From a virus (Duplodnaviria; Caudoviricetes), in the IMG/VR virus record IMGVR_UViG_3300030104_001138, positions 1-40,082 of that record: a stretch of DNA of 40,082 bases. One strand, 5' to 3'. The notes beneath the pieces are model-generated. The model did not search any database. It saw nothing but the letters and a program-made list of their open reading frames with translations, and was not told where the DNA came from. A program made the position numbers and the translations under genes. This document shows positions 16,846 to 25,814 of this stretch, in pieces (position 1 is the first letter of the stretch; every line of letters starts with the position of its first letter).

Positions 16846-19800
16846 TGACTAATATTTACGAACAACTTTCTAACGAAGATGAAGCAAATGCAAATGCAAA
16901 TGCAAATGTTTCTAGTGAAAACACAGACAATCAAATCCAAGAATCTGGTCTAGATATTTATAGGCAAATTAGTGAGCAAGACAACAAACTTGCAGATTTG
17001 CGTGTAAAGAGTTCATTACGAGCAGTAATGGACAAAGACCCCGGAATGGTAGGCGAAGGAATGATCTTGGCAAGAGAATTAGGTTTAGATGAAAGGTTTG
17101 CTTTAGATAGCGATGAAGCTGTAAGACTTTTGAGAGAAAGAAAAAGAATGATAGATCTTGAAAATTTACAGTTAGCTAAACACAGTCCAGTATTAATGCG
17201 TCAGTTAACTGATCCTAAATTTGCTGCTTTAGCTCACGACAATATAAATAATTTATCTGCTCATGAAAGTTTATGGGACGGTATCATTTCAGCACCAGAA
17301 GACGGTTGGCAAGGTATACGCAAAGGTGTTTTAAGCAGAGAAATGGGAATGATTGCTAATAGATTAAGAAAAGGGCGAGTGCCACTTATTAGTACAAAAG
17401 ATGGTTTTGATTTAGATTATGTTCCGACAGAACAAGACCTTAAAGATTTTGAAAGACTTAAAAAGATTGAGGAAGAAATAGCTAGATACGATGCAGATGG
17501 TGTCGGACTTGTAGAAGGTACTGGTTATTTTGTTGGTCAATATGCTTCTTCAATTCCAGAAGCTGCTGCACTTGGTCTTGCAACGTGGAAAGCAAAAACT
17601 TGGCTTGGTACAAAAATAGGTACAGCAGGTGGATTTTTTATTCCTGATGGACCAATAATGGTTGGTGGTGAAGCTGTAGGAGCTTTTGTAGGTGGAACTA
17701 TTGGTAATTTCGTAGGCTTGTTTACTGGTTGGAATATGTTTGCCAATAAATTAACTTATGACACTTTCAAAATAGAAGGCGGTCATTCATGGTTAGAGCT
17801 TCGAGAGAATGGATATAGTATGGAAGACGCAAGATTAAGATCAAATGCTGTCGGTACAGTTAATGCTGCTATAGAAAAAATTGGTTTTGGGTTGATTGGA
17901 GGTCCATATAGCAAAACATTTGGTGCATTAAAAGGATCTCTTGCACGTTCTGGTTTAGCAAAGACACCTTTTGTTAAAAGAATAACTAGACAATTTGTAA
18001 AAAATGCACTTAGTAGACAAGGTAAAGAACTTACATGGAATGCAATTGCATTGCAATTTGCTAAAGATTACGGAATACTTCTTAGCACCGAAGTAGGTCA
18101 GGAAATGTTGCAAGAAGCAGTAGCAATAACAGCAAATAATTTAGGTGCAGATGACGGTGTAACTACTTATAGTGCCGAAGAAATAGGAGACAGAATATGG
18201 ATGACAATGACGGAAACCTTTAAAGGAATGATTTTGTTTGGTATGGTTGGACCGGGTATAACTTTAAACAGCAATAGAATAAAAGCAAACAAGGCTCAAA
18301 ACAATACAGCAGTTCTAAATAAAATAATTGAAATATCTAAAGATGACGCAACAAAAAAAAGAGATTCAAAACAATATCAGGATTATGAGCAAGAGCTAGG
18401 TAATAAAGCAGGTATAACAGATTTTTATTTTAATGCAGATGTTTTTCAACAACAATTAGATAACTATGCGATTACAGATGAACAATTAGAATTGTTTTCT
18501 CCAGAACTTGTTAAACAATTAAAAGATGCAAGAAAAGAAGGTTTAGTAGGTAAAGTAGTAAAAGTACCAACAGGACAATATTTAGCAGAAATAGCTAATA
18601 CAGAATTAGGTAATGCATTATTTCCACATTATAAAGAAAGTCCAGACGAGTTTAGCCAAACAGAAATGGTGCAATTTTATAAAGACCAACCACAACTTGT
18701 CGCAGCATATAAAGATTTATTTAATCAAAAAGCAGATGACCTTAAGCAATTTCAAAGAGAGTCAAGGTCAATTAAAGCACAGATAAAAAAACAATTAATT
18801 GCTGCTGGTATAGAAAAGGGAGAAGCTGCCTACATGGCTGCTTTACCGCAAATGTTTGCAGCTACTTATTCTAAAGCATTAGGTATATCACCATTAGAAT
18901 TTTTAAATAGATTCCAATACAACATAAAAGGGGAACAAGATATTAAATCTTTTAGGAAGCAATTCTTTAACCAAAACGGCAGTATAAAAACAGATTCACA
19001 ATTGTTTAAAAATTGGTTTAGGAAATCTAAGTTAGTCAATCCTGATGGTACACCAATGGTGTTGTATCACGGAACAACAGACAGCATCCAAGAATTTGAT
19101 TTAGATCATCAAAATAGACTAGATTCTGGATATTTAGGCACGGCTATATACCTTACTCCTGATAAAGGTTTTGCAAAAATATATGCTGATATTAAAAAAT
19201 CTAGATTTAAGAAAAAAACAGAAGATAAAAAAATCTTAGAGTTATATGTACGTTTAGAAAATCCAAAAATAGTTAATGTTAATAGCGATGTTAAAGCAAA
19301 AAATAAAAATGGTGGTAGGGCAGCAGCAGATGGGTATCGAGAACAATTAATCGCAGAGGGACATGATGGTGTCATCATGAAAAATGATTCTGGAGAAATA
19401 GTTGAAGTAGCTGTTTTTGATGGGAATGCTGTTAAGTCAGTAGATAATAATGGCAACTGGTCTAACGAAGTAAATAATTTATATCAACAGCAACCATTGG
19501 TAACCTTTGAACAGAAAGGGAAACAAGAGCAAGGTAAGCCAGTACCACAGGCTGTATTCCAGATAGCAAATATTGTAGAAAATTTTGATTTTGCAAGTAG
19601 CAAGCCTTTTAAAACTATTAAAGATTTTAAAGTTGAAATACAAAATCGAGTAAATAAAGAAGCCAAAAAGGAAGGGGTAGACCTATCAAAGTTCACAGTA
19701 GAAGTAGAAAAATATTTAGTACAAACATTATTAGCAGATGCTCAATACGCATTAAAAGAAAATCCAAATGCAATAGGTTGGTACAACGAAAAAGTTACAA

Positions 19801-22800
19801 AAGCTAAAAGATTATTAGCAAAGGTACATCCAGAATTGACTACTGACGCAGCATCAAATTTTGCTTTTACTTGGGCATTGGCAACTTCATCAAATGGTAT
19901 AAACGTAAATAAAAATTTTGAACTTGCAGAAGATATTTACAGTTATTGGAAACAAAATGGTAAGTTCCCAGTACCTTTTGGACAAGGTAAAGCAGGTCGT
20001 GCAATGACAAAAAGTTTTAAATTAATAAATGAATTAATTGAAAAAAACGGTATAGAAGACGTTGAAAAATTTATGAGTACAACACATACAGTTAAAGAAG
20101 TAGAAACATATACAGGTGTAGACATTAGTGATTTTGGTAAAACTGAAATAGTATATGGTGCTGCTGTAATAGGACCTAAAATTGGTAATGGATTCTTTGC
20201 AAATTTATATGGAAATTATGAGCAATTGACTCTAGATAGATGGGCTATGCGTACATGGGGTCGCATGACAGGTACGTTAGTTGAGGACAAAACTAAGCAA
20301 GCTAGAACTAAACGTGACCAATTAAAACAATATATAAAAGCTTTAACTAAAGAACAAAAAAAAGCATTTGAAACAATTCTTGGAAGAAAACTTACTTTAG
20401 GTGATTTAGATGCGGTTGCAAAAAAAATAGAAACCAAGACAACTGTACCTGCAAATCGTGATTTAATGGCAGAAATATCTTTAATTAAGCCAGACAACAA
20501 TGTTGCAGACACAATAACAAACATTAAAGGTAAACCTATAAAAGGTGAGCTTAGAGTAAGTATTGGAGATGAAATACGCAAAGCAGGTAATTCATTAGCC
20601 GGTTATTTAGATGGTCAAAAAGAAAAACCTAAAGGACCACCAGAAAGAAGATTTATAGAAAAAGTTTTTGGACAAGTGTTACCAATAATGCAACAAAATA
20701 ATCCAGATTTAACAATGGCTGATTTACAGGCATTGATGTGGTATCCAGAAAAAAAATTATATGATACTGCAAAACTTAAGGAAGAAGTAGTAGAAACAGG
20801 TTACGAAGATAACGCAGCACCTGACTATGCCAATGCTGCTGCGTCTTTAGTTGCTACAATGGGCATATCAGAAGCGGACATTCAATCTACATTACAGGAG
20901 GTAGACAATGAGTTATCAATACAATCCGAGGAGCAATCAGGAGACACACAACGAGATGTTGGAGGATCTGGACAGATACGAGAGGCTGATACTTTCCAAC
21001 AACAAGGAAAACGAGACACAAACATTGACGAAGCCACAGGACTCCCCATCAACCCAGATGGAACTGTCACCGTCTACCACCACACCGACAGAAAATCAGC
21101 AGAACAAATTAAATCAGAACGTAAACTCAGAAGTGCTGGAGAACCTGATGTCTACGTTACCACCAGAGCTATCGCAGATACTGGCTATGGCAATACAGCA
21201 GTTGCCATTAGAGTCGACCCTTCTAGACTTAGTCTCGATGATGAATTCCCTAACGGACGAAGAGATTACAGACTCTCAGTTGGAACTGCTGGAGGCTCTG
21301 TTCAAGTAAAAGTAGGAGAATATAACGAAACTCAAGCACTAAAAACAACAAGAGCAAATTTAGAAAAACAAGCTAAGTTAGATCAGATATTAGACAACAT
21401 AAGGAAAGGCAATATAAATGAAGAATCTATAAATAGTCCTGATACAATTAGCACTACAGATTTAAAAAGAATTAATGCTCTTACTGGATTAACTAGATTT
21501 CCACCGGGGAAAGAAACTGAAAACGCAACTAAAAGAAAAAGACAATGGCGAGAAAAAACTGCAAATATGTCAGATGCAGAAGCTGATGCTTACTTTGCTT
21601 TATCTGAAAAAGAAAAAACAGAAGTAAAAGAAACTTATTTTGCTTTAAAAAATTTGGAAGAAGGTGGTGGACTTAGACAGCAATCATCGGAAGGTGCAAG
21701 AGGACAATTTGAACCAACGACATTAACAACAATACTTACACAAAAAGCAGACTTCTCTACGTTTGCACATGAGACAGCCCATTATATGCTGACCGTTTTA
21801 GAAAATATAGTTTCTGAAGGTAATGCACCTGCGGAATTAATTGCTGATTTTGAATCGTTATTAAAATTTTGGGGTGTTAAAGATTTAGAAACTTGGAAAG
21901 GATTTAATTTAGAACAGAAAAGAAAACATCACGAAGCGTTTGCATACAATTTTGAACTGTATTTATTTCGTGATGCAAAGGAAAAACCGCCAAGTACAGA
22001 TAAAAACATAATTAAGCTGTTTAGAAAATTTAGTAATTTTATTAAAGAAGTTTATAAAGATGTAAGTACAAGATTAAATGCACTATATAAGCGTGAAACT
22101 GGGGAAGATTTACCAATTCTTACAAATGAAGTAAGAAGCGTAATGGATCGGATGTTAGCTACTAATGAACAAATTGTTCAAGCGGAACAGATATATGACC
22201 TAAAGGCCTTGTTCCAGACCCAAGAACAAAGCGGAATGAGTGATGCTGAATGGGCAGAATATACAGCAGCATTGCAAGAGGCAGAAGAAGAAACATTAGA
22301 AATAATGACACAACAAAGCATGAAACAAGTGCGTTGGGTAAGAAGAAAAATGCCAAAAATTCAAAAAGAATTAGATAGGAAGATTGCAAAAATTCGTAAG
22401 AAAGTAGAAGCAGAAGTAACTTCGGAGATAGAGCAACAGCCTATTTATAGGTTGGTATCATATTTAAAACGTGGTGTACTTATTAACGAAAAAGGTGAAA
22501 AAAATAAACTTGAAAAAAGTTATAAAATATCTGTAGAAAGTATTAAAAATCTTATACCTTTCTATGATGAAGAGTCATTAAAACTAGAAATACAACAATT
22601 GCGTAGACAGCGTTTGGTGGCAAAAGAAGGAATGTCAGTCCAATTAGTTGCGGATATGTTTGGCTTCAAAGATCCATCAATAATGATAGATGCATTGTTG
22701 GAATTGCAGCCAATAGAAGACGCTATAGCAGAACGTACAGATCAACGTATGTTGCAAGAGCATAGTGATTTAGTTGATCCAAGGCAGTTAGAACTACAAG

Positions 22801-25751
22801 TAATAGACGCTATTCATAACGAAGCTAGAGCTAGGTTTGTGGCCGTAGAATTAAACACACTTTCTAAAGCTATGCGTCCAGTACGTTATCAAGTCGCTGC
22901 TGCTAGACAAGTTGCACAGGATATTTTGGCAGATAAGAAATTATCAGACATAAAACCGTCAGAATTTACTCGTGCAGAAGCAAGAGCATTAAAAAAAGCA
23001 GAAGCAGCTATGAAAAAAGGTGACACACAAGCAGCCATGAAAGCAAAAAGGGCGCAACTTTTAAATAATCAATTAGCAAAAGAAGCTATCGAAATACATA
23101 AAGAATATGACAAGGCAACAAAGTTGTTTGACAAATTCTTTGGTAAAGATGACAAATTATTTAAAAGTCAGAATCCAAGAAATTCAGAGTTAGTAAGTGC
23201 AGGTCGAGTTATTTTGGCTTCATATGGTCTTGGTCCAAGAGTACAAGACATAAATGTATTTACAGAAAATTTAAGAAAATATGATGCCGAATTGTATGCA
23301 GAATTAGAACCAATGATTTTGGATTCACAAGCAAGTCAAGGACAGAAAGATCTTAAAGATCTAACATACGAAGAATTTCAAGGTATAGATGATTTAATGA
23401 GGTCTTTATGGCATCAATCTAGACGAGTAGAACAGGTAAGAATTGAAGGTGAATTGTTAGATTTGCAACCTATAGTTGATACATTGGTTAATCGCATGGA
23501 CGTAATAATTCAAAGAAATGCACGTTTAAGTGCATTAGAAGAAACACCAATTGGAACTACACAAGCCGTATCAAAAGGATATATAAGAAACAAATTCTTT
23601 TTAGAGTGGGGTGCAAAATTTACACGGATGGAAAGTTGGGTTGACAGGATGGATGGTGCTACAGGAATTAAAGAAGGATTAGGATCAGCAGTATTAGAAT
23701 TAGAAGGCGGTAAGTTAGGTGATTTTTATAATACTTTATGGTTTCCAATAAAATCAGCATTAGATGAATATCGAGTACAACAAAAAATATTTACAAAACA
23801 ATATGCAGAATTAGTTGCTTCTGTTGATTTTGGTGATGCAAAAATAACGGCTAATGAATTTGCCTTAGTTAGTGAAAATTCTAAAGCATATACTTTCGGA
23901 ACAGAGAGTAATGGAAGAGGAAAAGTGGAATTATTAGGGGCTATGTTGCATACAGGTAATGACAGTAATCTTAAAAAATTATTATTAGGAAGAGGATGGG
24001 GTTCGTTAAACGAAGACGGCACGTTAAATAGAACACATTGGGATGCGTTTGAAACACGAATGAAGAACGAAGGTATTTTAACTTTAGACGATTATAAATT
24101 TATACAGGCAGTATGGGACTTAAATGAAAAGATGTTACCTCTTTTGCAAAGAGCGCATAGAGATACTGAAGGATATTATTTCAAAGTAGTTAAAGCAAAA
24201 CCTATACTTAATAGATTTGGTGAATTTAGAGGAGGATATGTACCTGCAAAAGGCGATCCTTATATGACAGATGTTGATATTAAAGAAGAACTAAGTGTTT
24301 TAAAACGTGAATTTAAAAATTCATTACCGAAGGTCGAAAGCGGTATGACTAAAGAACGTAATGAAAGATTTTATCAGCCATTGTCATTGCATTTAGGTTA
24401 CATGACAAAACATATTGATGACACCTTGCGTTATGCCTATGTACAACCAGTATTGCAAGACACTTTAAAAGTTGTAAACAATAAGGAATTTACAAAACAA
24501 TTAGCAATTATAAATCCTGTTATAAAAGATGAAATGATAATTCCTTTTTTACAGACAGCAGCTAGTCAGAAAACGTATTCCCCTTCTGGATTTGGTGCAG
24601 GTTTTGACAGAACTCTTTCCACTCTTAAACGTAATGCAGGTCTTGGGATTATGTTTTTCAATCTTAGCAACGCATTCCAACAGCTTACAGGTCTATTCCC
24701 TGCTCTTTTAAAAGTCAAATCTAAACATTTAAGAAATGGTTTAATTACATATATGAGAGACAGAGAAGGAACAAATCAAAGGATTGCAGAAATGTCACCA
24801 TTTATGGCCGACAGACAAAAGAATTTAATATTTGATGTACAAGATCAATTAAATGAATTACTTATTAATCCCAATAAATTTGAAAAGATGCAAGCTTGGG
24901 GAAAACATCATGGATATTTCTTGCAACAGACATTCCAAGGGATAACCGATTCCATTGTCTGGATGGGAACTTACAACCAAGTTCATGAAAGTATGTCTAA
25001 AGATATGAGTGATGAAGCAGTTATGAAAGAAGCAATAAAACAAGCTGACGCAAATGTCCGTTTAACACAAGATAGTTTGTTGCCAGAAGATAGAGCAGCA
25101 TATCAAAACATGAACCCAATAGTGCAGTCAGTAGCACAGTTCTCTGGATATTTTAATATGATTGCAAATTTAGGTTTTACTCAATATAAGAAATTGATGA
25201 GAGATGATTTAGGTTTTAAAAATAAAGGTAAGAATACAGAACAAATAGTATACGCTTATTTTTACGCTGTTATACTCCCTGCTGTTATTGCAGGTCTTAT
25301 TATGCGTGGTTTGGGCGGACGAATAGAAGACGAAGACGAAGACGGATATTTACATGACGATATGCTTAAGGCAGCTATTGGAGACATTGCCAGTTACACA
25401 GCAGCTTTAGTTCCTATAGGAGGTCAAGCCGTTATGATCCCATTTAATTCTGTAAATGATATTCCTTACGATGACACAATCGTATCAAGTCCCAGTATTG
25501 AAGCATTAGAAACTTCATTGAAATTAATTCCTTCACTTGGAAAAACGATATTTACAGATGGTGATTTTAAAGGAAGACAAATTAGAGATATATTTTCATC
25601 AGTTTCAATAACTAGTGGTATACCAGTTACACCATTAGGTAAAACACTTGGTTACTTAAGAGATATACAGCGTGGTGAGGTAGAACCTAAAGGACCACTT
25701 GATTTGATCAGAGGAATAGTTACAGGTAAAGCAGGTGCAAGCAAGAAATAA
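16845..25751 (+). CDS. Giant internal virion / polyvalent protein (2968 aa) with two ART-like domains, an HhH-glycosylase-like domain and a zincin metallopeptidase
   Basis: PMVLYHGT...AIYLT...A-x-x-YA...GHDGVI...E-x-AVFD (~19000-19470); WYNE...GPKIG...TLDRW...LQALMW (~19720-20770); TVYHHT...VYVT...YG (~21050-21320); HETAH...HEAFA (~21690-22000). Confidence 0.9.
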   Translation: MTNIYEQLSNEDEANANANANVSSENTDNQIQESGLDIYRQISEQDNKLADLRVKSSLRAVMDKDPGMVGEGMILARELGLDERFALDSDEAVRLLRERKRMIDLENLQLAKHSPVLMRQLTDPKFAALAHDNINNLSAHESLWDGIISAPEDGWQGIRKGVLSREMGMIANRLRKGRVPLISTKDGFDLDYVPTEQDLKDFERLKKIEEEIARYDADGVGLVEGTGYFVGQYASSIPEAAALGLATWKAKTWLGTKIGTAGGFFIPDGPIMVGGEAVGAFVGGTIGNFVGLFTGWNMFANKLTYDTFKIEGGHSWLELRENGYSMEDARLRSNAVGTVNAAIEKIGFGLIGGPYSKTFGALKGSLARSGLAKTPFVKRITRQFVKNALSRQGKELTWNAIALQFAKDYGILLSTEVGQEMLQEAVAITANNLGADDGVTTYSAEEIGDRIWMTMTETFKGMILFGMVGPGITLNSNRIKANKAQNNTAVLNKIIEISKDDATKKRDSKQYQDYEQELGNKAGITDFYFNADVFQQQLDNYAITDEQLELFSPELVKQLKDARKEGLVGKVVKVPTGQYLAEIANTELGNALFPHYKESPDEFSQTEMVQFYKDQPQLVAAYKDLFNQKADDLKQFQRESRSIKAQIKKQLIAAGIEKGEAAYMAALPQMFAATYSKALGISPLEFLNRFQYNIKGEQDIKSFRKQFFNQNGSIKTDSQLFKNWFRKSKLVNPDGTPMVLYHGTTDSIQEFDLDHQNRLDSGYLGTAIYLTPDKGFAKIYADIKKSRFKKKTEDKKILELYVRLENPKIVNVNSDVKAKNKNGGRAAADGYREQLIAEGHDGVIMKNDSGEIVEVAVFDGNAVKSVDNNGNWSNEVNNLYQQQPLVTFEQKGKQEQGKPVPQAVFQIANIVENFDFASSKPFKTIKDFKVEIQNRVNKEAKKEGVDLSKFTVEVEKYLVQTLLADAQYALKENPNAIGWYNEKVTKAKRLLAKVHPELTTDAASNFAFTWALATSSNGINVNKNFELAEDIYSYWKQNGKFPVPFGQGKAGRAMTKSFKLINELIEKNGIEDVEKFMSTTHTVKEVETYTGVDISDFGKTEIVYGAAVIGPKIGNGFFANLYGNYEQLTLDRWAMRTWGRMTGTLVEDKTKQARTKRDQLKQYIKALTKEQKKAFETILGRKLTLGDLDAVAKKIETKTTVPANRDLMAEISLIKPDNNVADTITNIKGKPIKGELRVSIGDEIRKAGNSLAGYLDGQKEKPKGPPERRFIEKVFGQVLPIMQQNNPDLTMADLQALMWYPEKKLYDTAKLKEEVVETGYEDNAAPDYANAAASLVATMGISEADIQSTLQEVDNELSIQSEEQSGDTQRDVGGSGQIREADTFQQQGKRDTNIDEATGLPINPDGTVTVYHHTDRKSAEQIKSERKLRSAGEPDVYVTTRAIADTGYGNTAVAIRVDPSRLSLDDEFPNGRRDYRLSVGTAGGSVQVKVGEYNETQALKTTRANLEKQAKLDQILDNIRKGNINEESINSPDTISTTDLKRINALTGLTRFPPGKETENATKRKRQWREKTANMSDAEADAYFALSEKEKTEVKETYFALKNLEEGGGLRQQSSEGARGQFEPTTLTTILTQKADFSTFAHETAHYMLTVLENIVSEGNAPAELIADFESLLKFWGVKDLETWKGFNLEQKRKHHEAFAYNFELYLFRDAKEKPPSTDKNIIKLFRKFSNFIKEVYKDVSTRLNALYKRETGEDLPILTNEVRSVMDRMLATNEQIVQAEQIYDLKALFQTQEQSGMSDAEWAEYTAALQEAEEETLEIMTQQSMKQVRWVRRKMPKIQKELDRKIAKIRKKVEAEVTSEIEQQPIYRLVSYLKRGVLINEKGEKNKLEKSYKISVESIKNLIPFYDEESLKLEIQQLRRQRLVAKEGMSVQLVADMFGFKDPSIMIDALLELQPIEDAIAERTDQRMLQEHSDLVDPRQLELQVIDAIHNEARARFVAVELNTLSKAMRPVRYQVAAARQVAQDILADKKLSDIKPSEFTRAEARALKKAEAAMKKGDTQAAMKAKRAQLLNNQLAKEAIEIHKEYDKATKLFDKFFGKDDKLFKSQNPRNSELVSAGRVILASYGLGPRVQDINVFTENLRKYDAELYAELEPMILDSQASQGQKDLKDLTYEEFQGIDDLMRSLWHQSRRVEQVRIEGELLDLQPIVDTLVNRMDVIIQRNARLSALEETPIGTTQAVSKGYIRNKFFLEWGAKFTRMESWVDRMDGATGIKEGLGSAVLELEGGKLGDFYNTLWFPIKSALDEYRVQQKIFTKQYAELVASVDFGDAKITANEFALVSENSKAYTFGTESNGRGKVELLGAMLHTGNDSNLKKLLLGRGWGSLNEDGTLNRTHWDAFETRMKNEGILTLDDYKFIQAVWDLNEKMLPLLQRAHRDTEGYYFKVVKAKPILNRFGEFRGGYVPAKGDPYMTDVDIKEELSVLKREFKNSLPKVESGMTKERNERFYQPLSLHLGYMTKHIDDTLRYAYVQPVLQDTLKVVNNKEFTKQLAIINPVIKDEMIIPFLQTAASQKTYSPSGFGAGFDRTLSTLKRNAGLGIMFFNLSNAFQQLTGLFPALLKVKSKHLRNGLITYMRDREGTNQRIAEMSPFMADRQKNLIFDVQDQLNELLINPNKFEKMQAWGKHHGYFLQQTFQGITDSIVWMGTYNQVHESMSKDMSDEAVMKEAIKQADANVRLTQDSLLPEDRAAYQNMNPIVQSVAQFSGYFNMIANLGFTQYKKLMRDDLGFKNKGKNTEQIVYAYFYAVILPAVIAGLIMRGLGGRIEDEDEDGYLHDDMLKAAIGDIASYTAALVPIGGQAVMIPFNSVNDIPYDDTIVSSPSIEALETSLKLIPSLGKTIFTDGDFKGRQIRDIFSSVSITSGIPVTPLGKTLGYLRDIQRGEVEPKGPLDLIRGIVTGKAGASKK
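20908..21309 (+). CDS. Overprinted (+1 frame) acidic 133-aa protein nested in the giant gene; candidate immunity protein
   Basis: AGGAGGT at 20896-20902, 5 nt before the ATG; open for 133 codons in AT-rich DNA; local host-frame codon usage avoids +1-frame stops; ends with the ART-like domain. Confidence 0.65.
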   Translation: MSYQYNPRSNQETHNEMLEDLDRYERLILSNNKENETQTLTKPQDSPSTQMELSPSTTTPTENQQNKLNQNVNSEVLENLMSTLPPELSQILAMAIQQLPLESTLLDLVSMMNSLTDEEITDSQLELLEALFK

Positions 25752-25753
25752 AG

Positions 25754-25787
25754 GTGTGACCGTAAAGCAAAGAGTAGTTGGTAAGCT
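25754..25787 (+). promoter_or_regulatory. Conserved promoter motif copy 4: GTGTGACCGTAA-N16-TAAGCT, upstream of the tail-fibre block
   Basis: Intergenic, 2 nt after the giant gene's stop codon. Confidence 0.8.
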
Positions 25788-25814
25788 AAATAAGATAGTG
25801 AAAATGTCTAGTTA

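Noticed and set aside
16884-16907. (GCAAAT)4 microsatellite encoding ANANANAN
   Set aside because: In-frame 6-bp repeat in a disordered N-terminus; cannot phase-shift the gene.
19109-20581. Minus-strand ORFs over the cargo domains of the giant gene
   Set aside because: Typical antisense-frame Ser/Phe/Leu-rich shadows with no initiation signals.
4273-25765. GTGTGACCGTAA copies as CRISPR repeats or recombination sites
   Set aside because: Kilobases apart with no spacers; the fixed distance to a -10 box favours a promoter.
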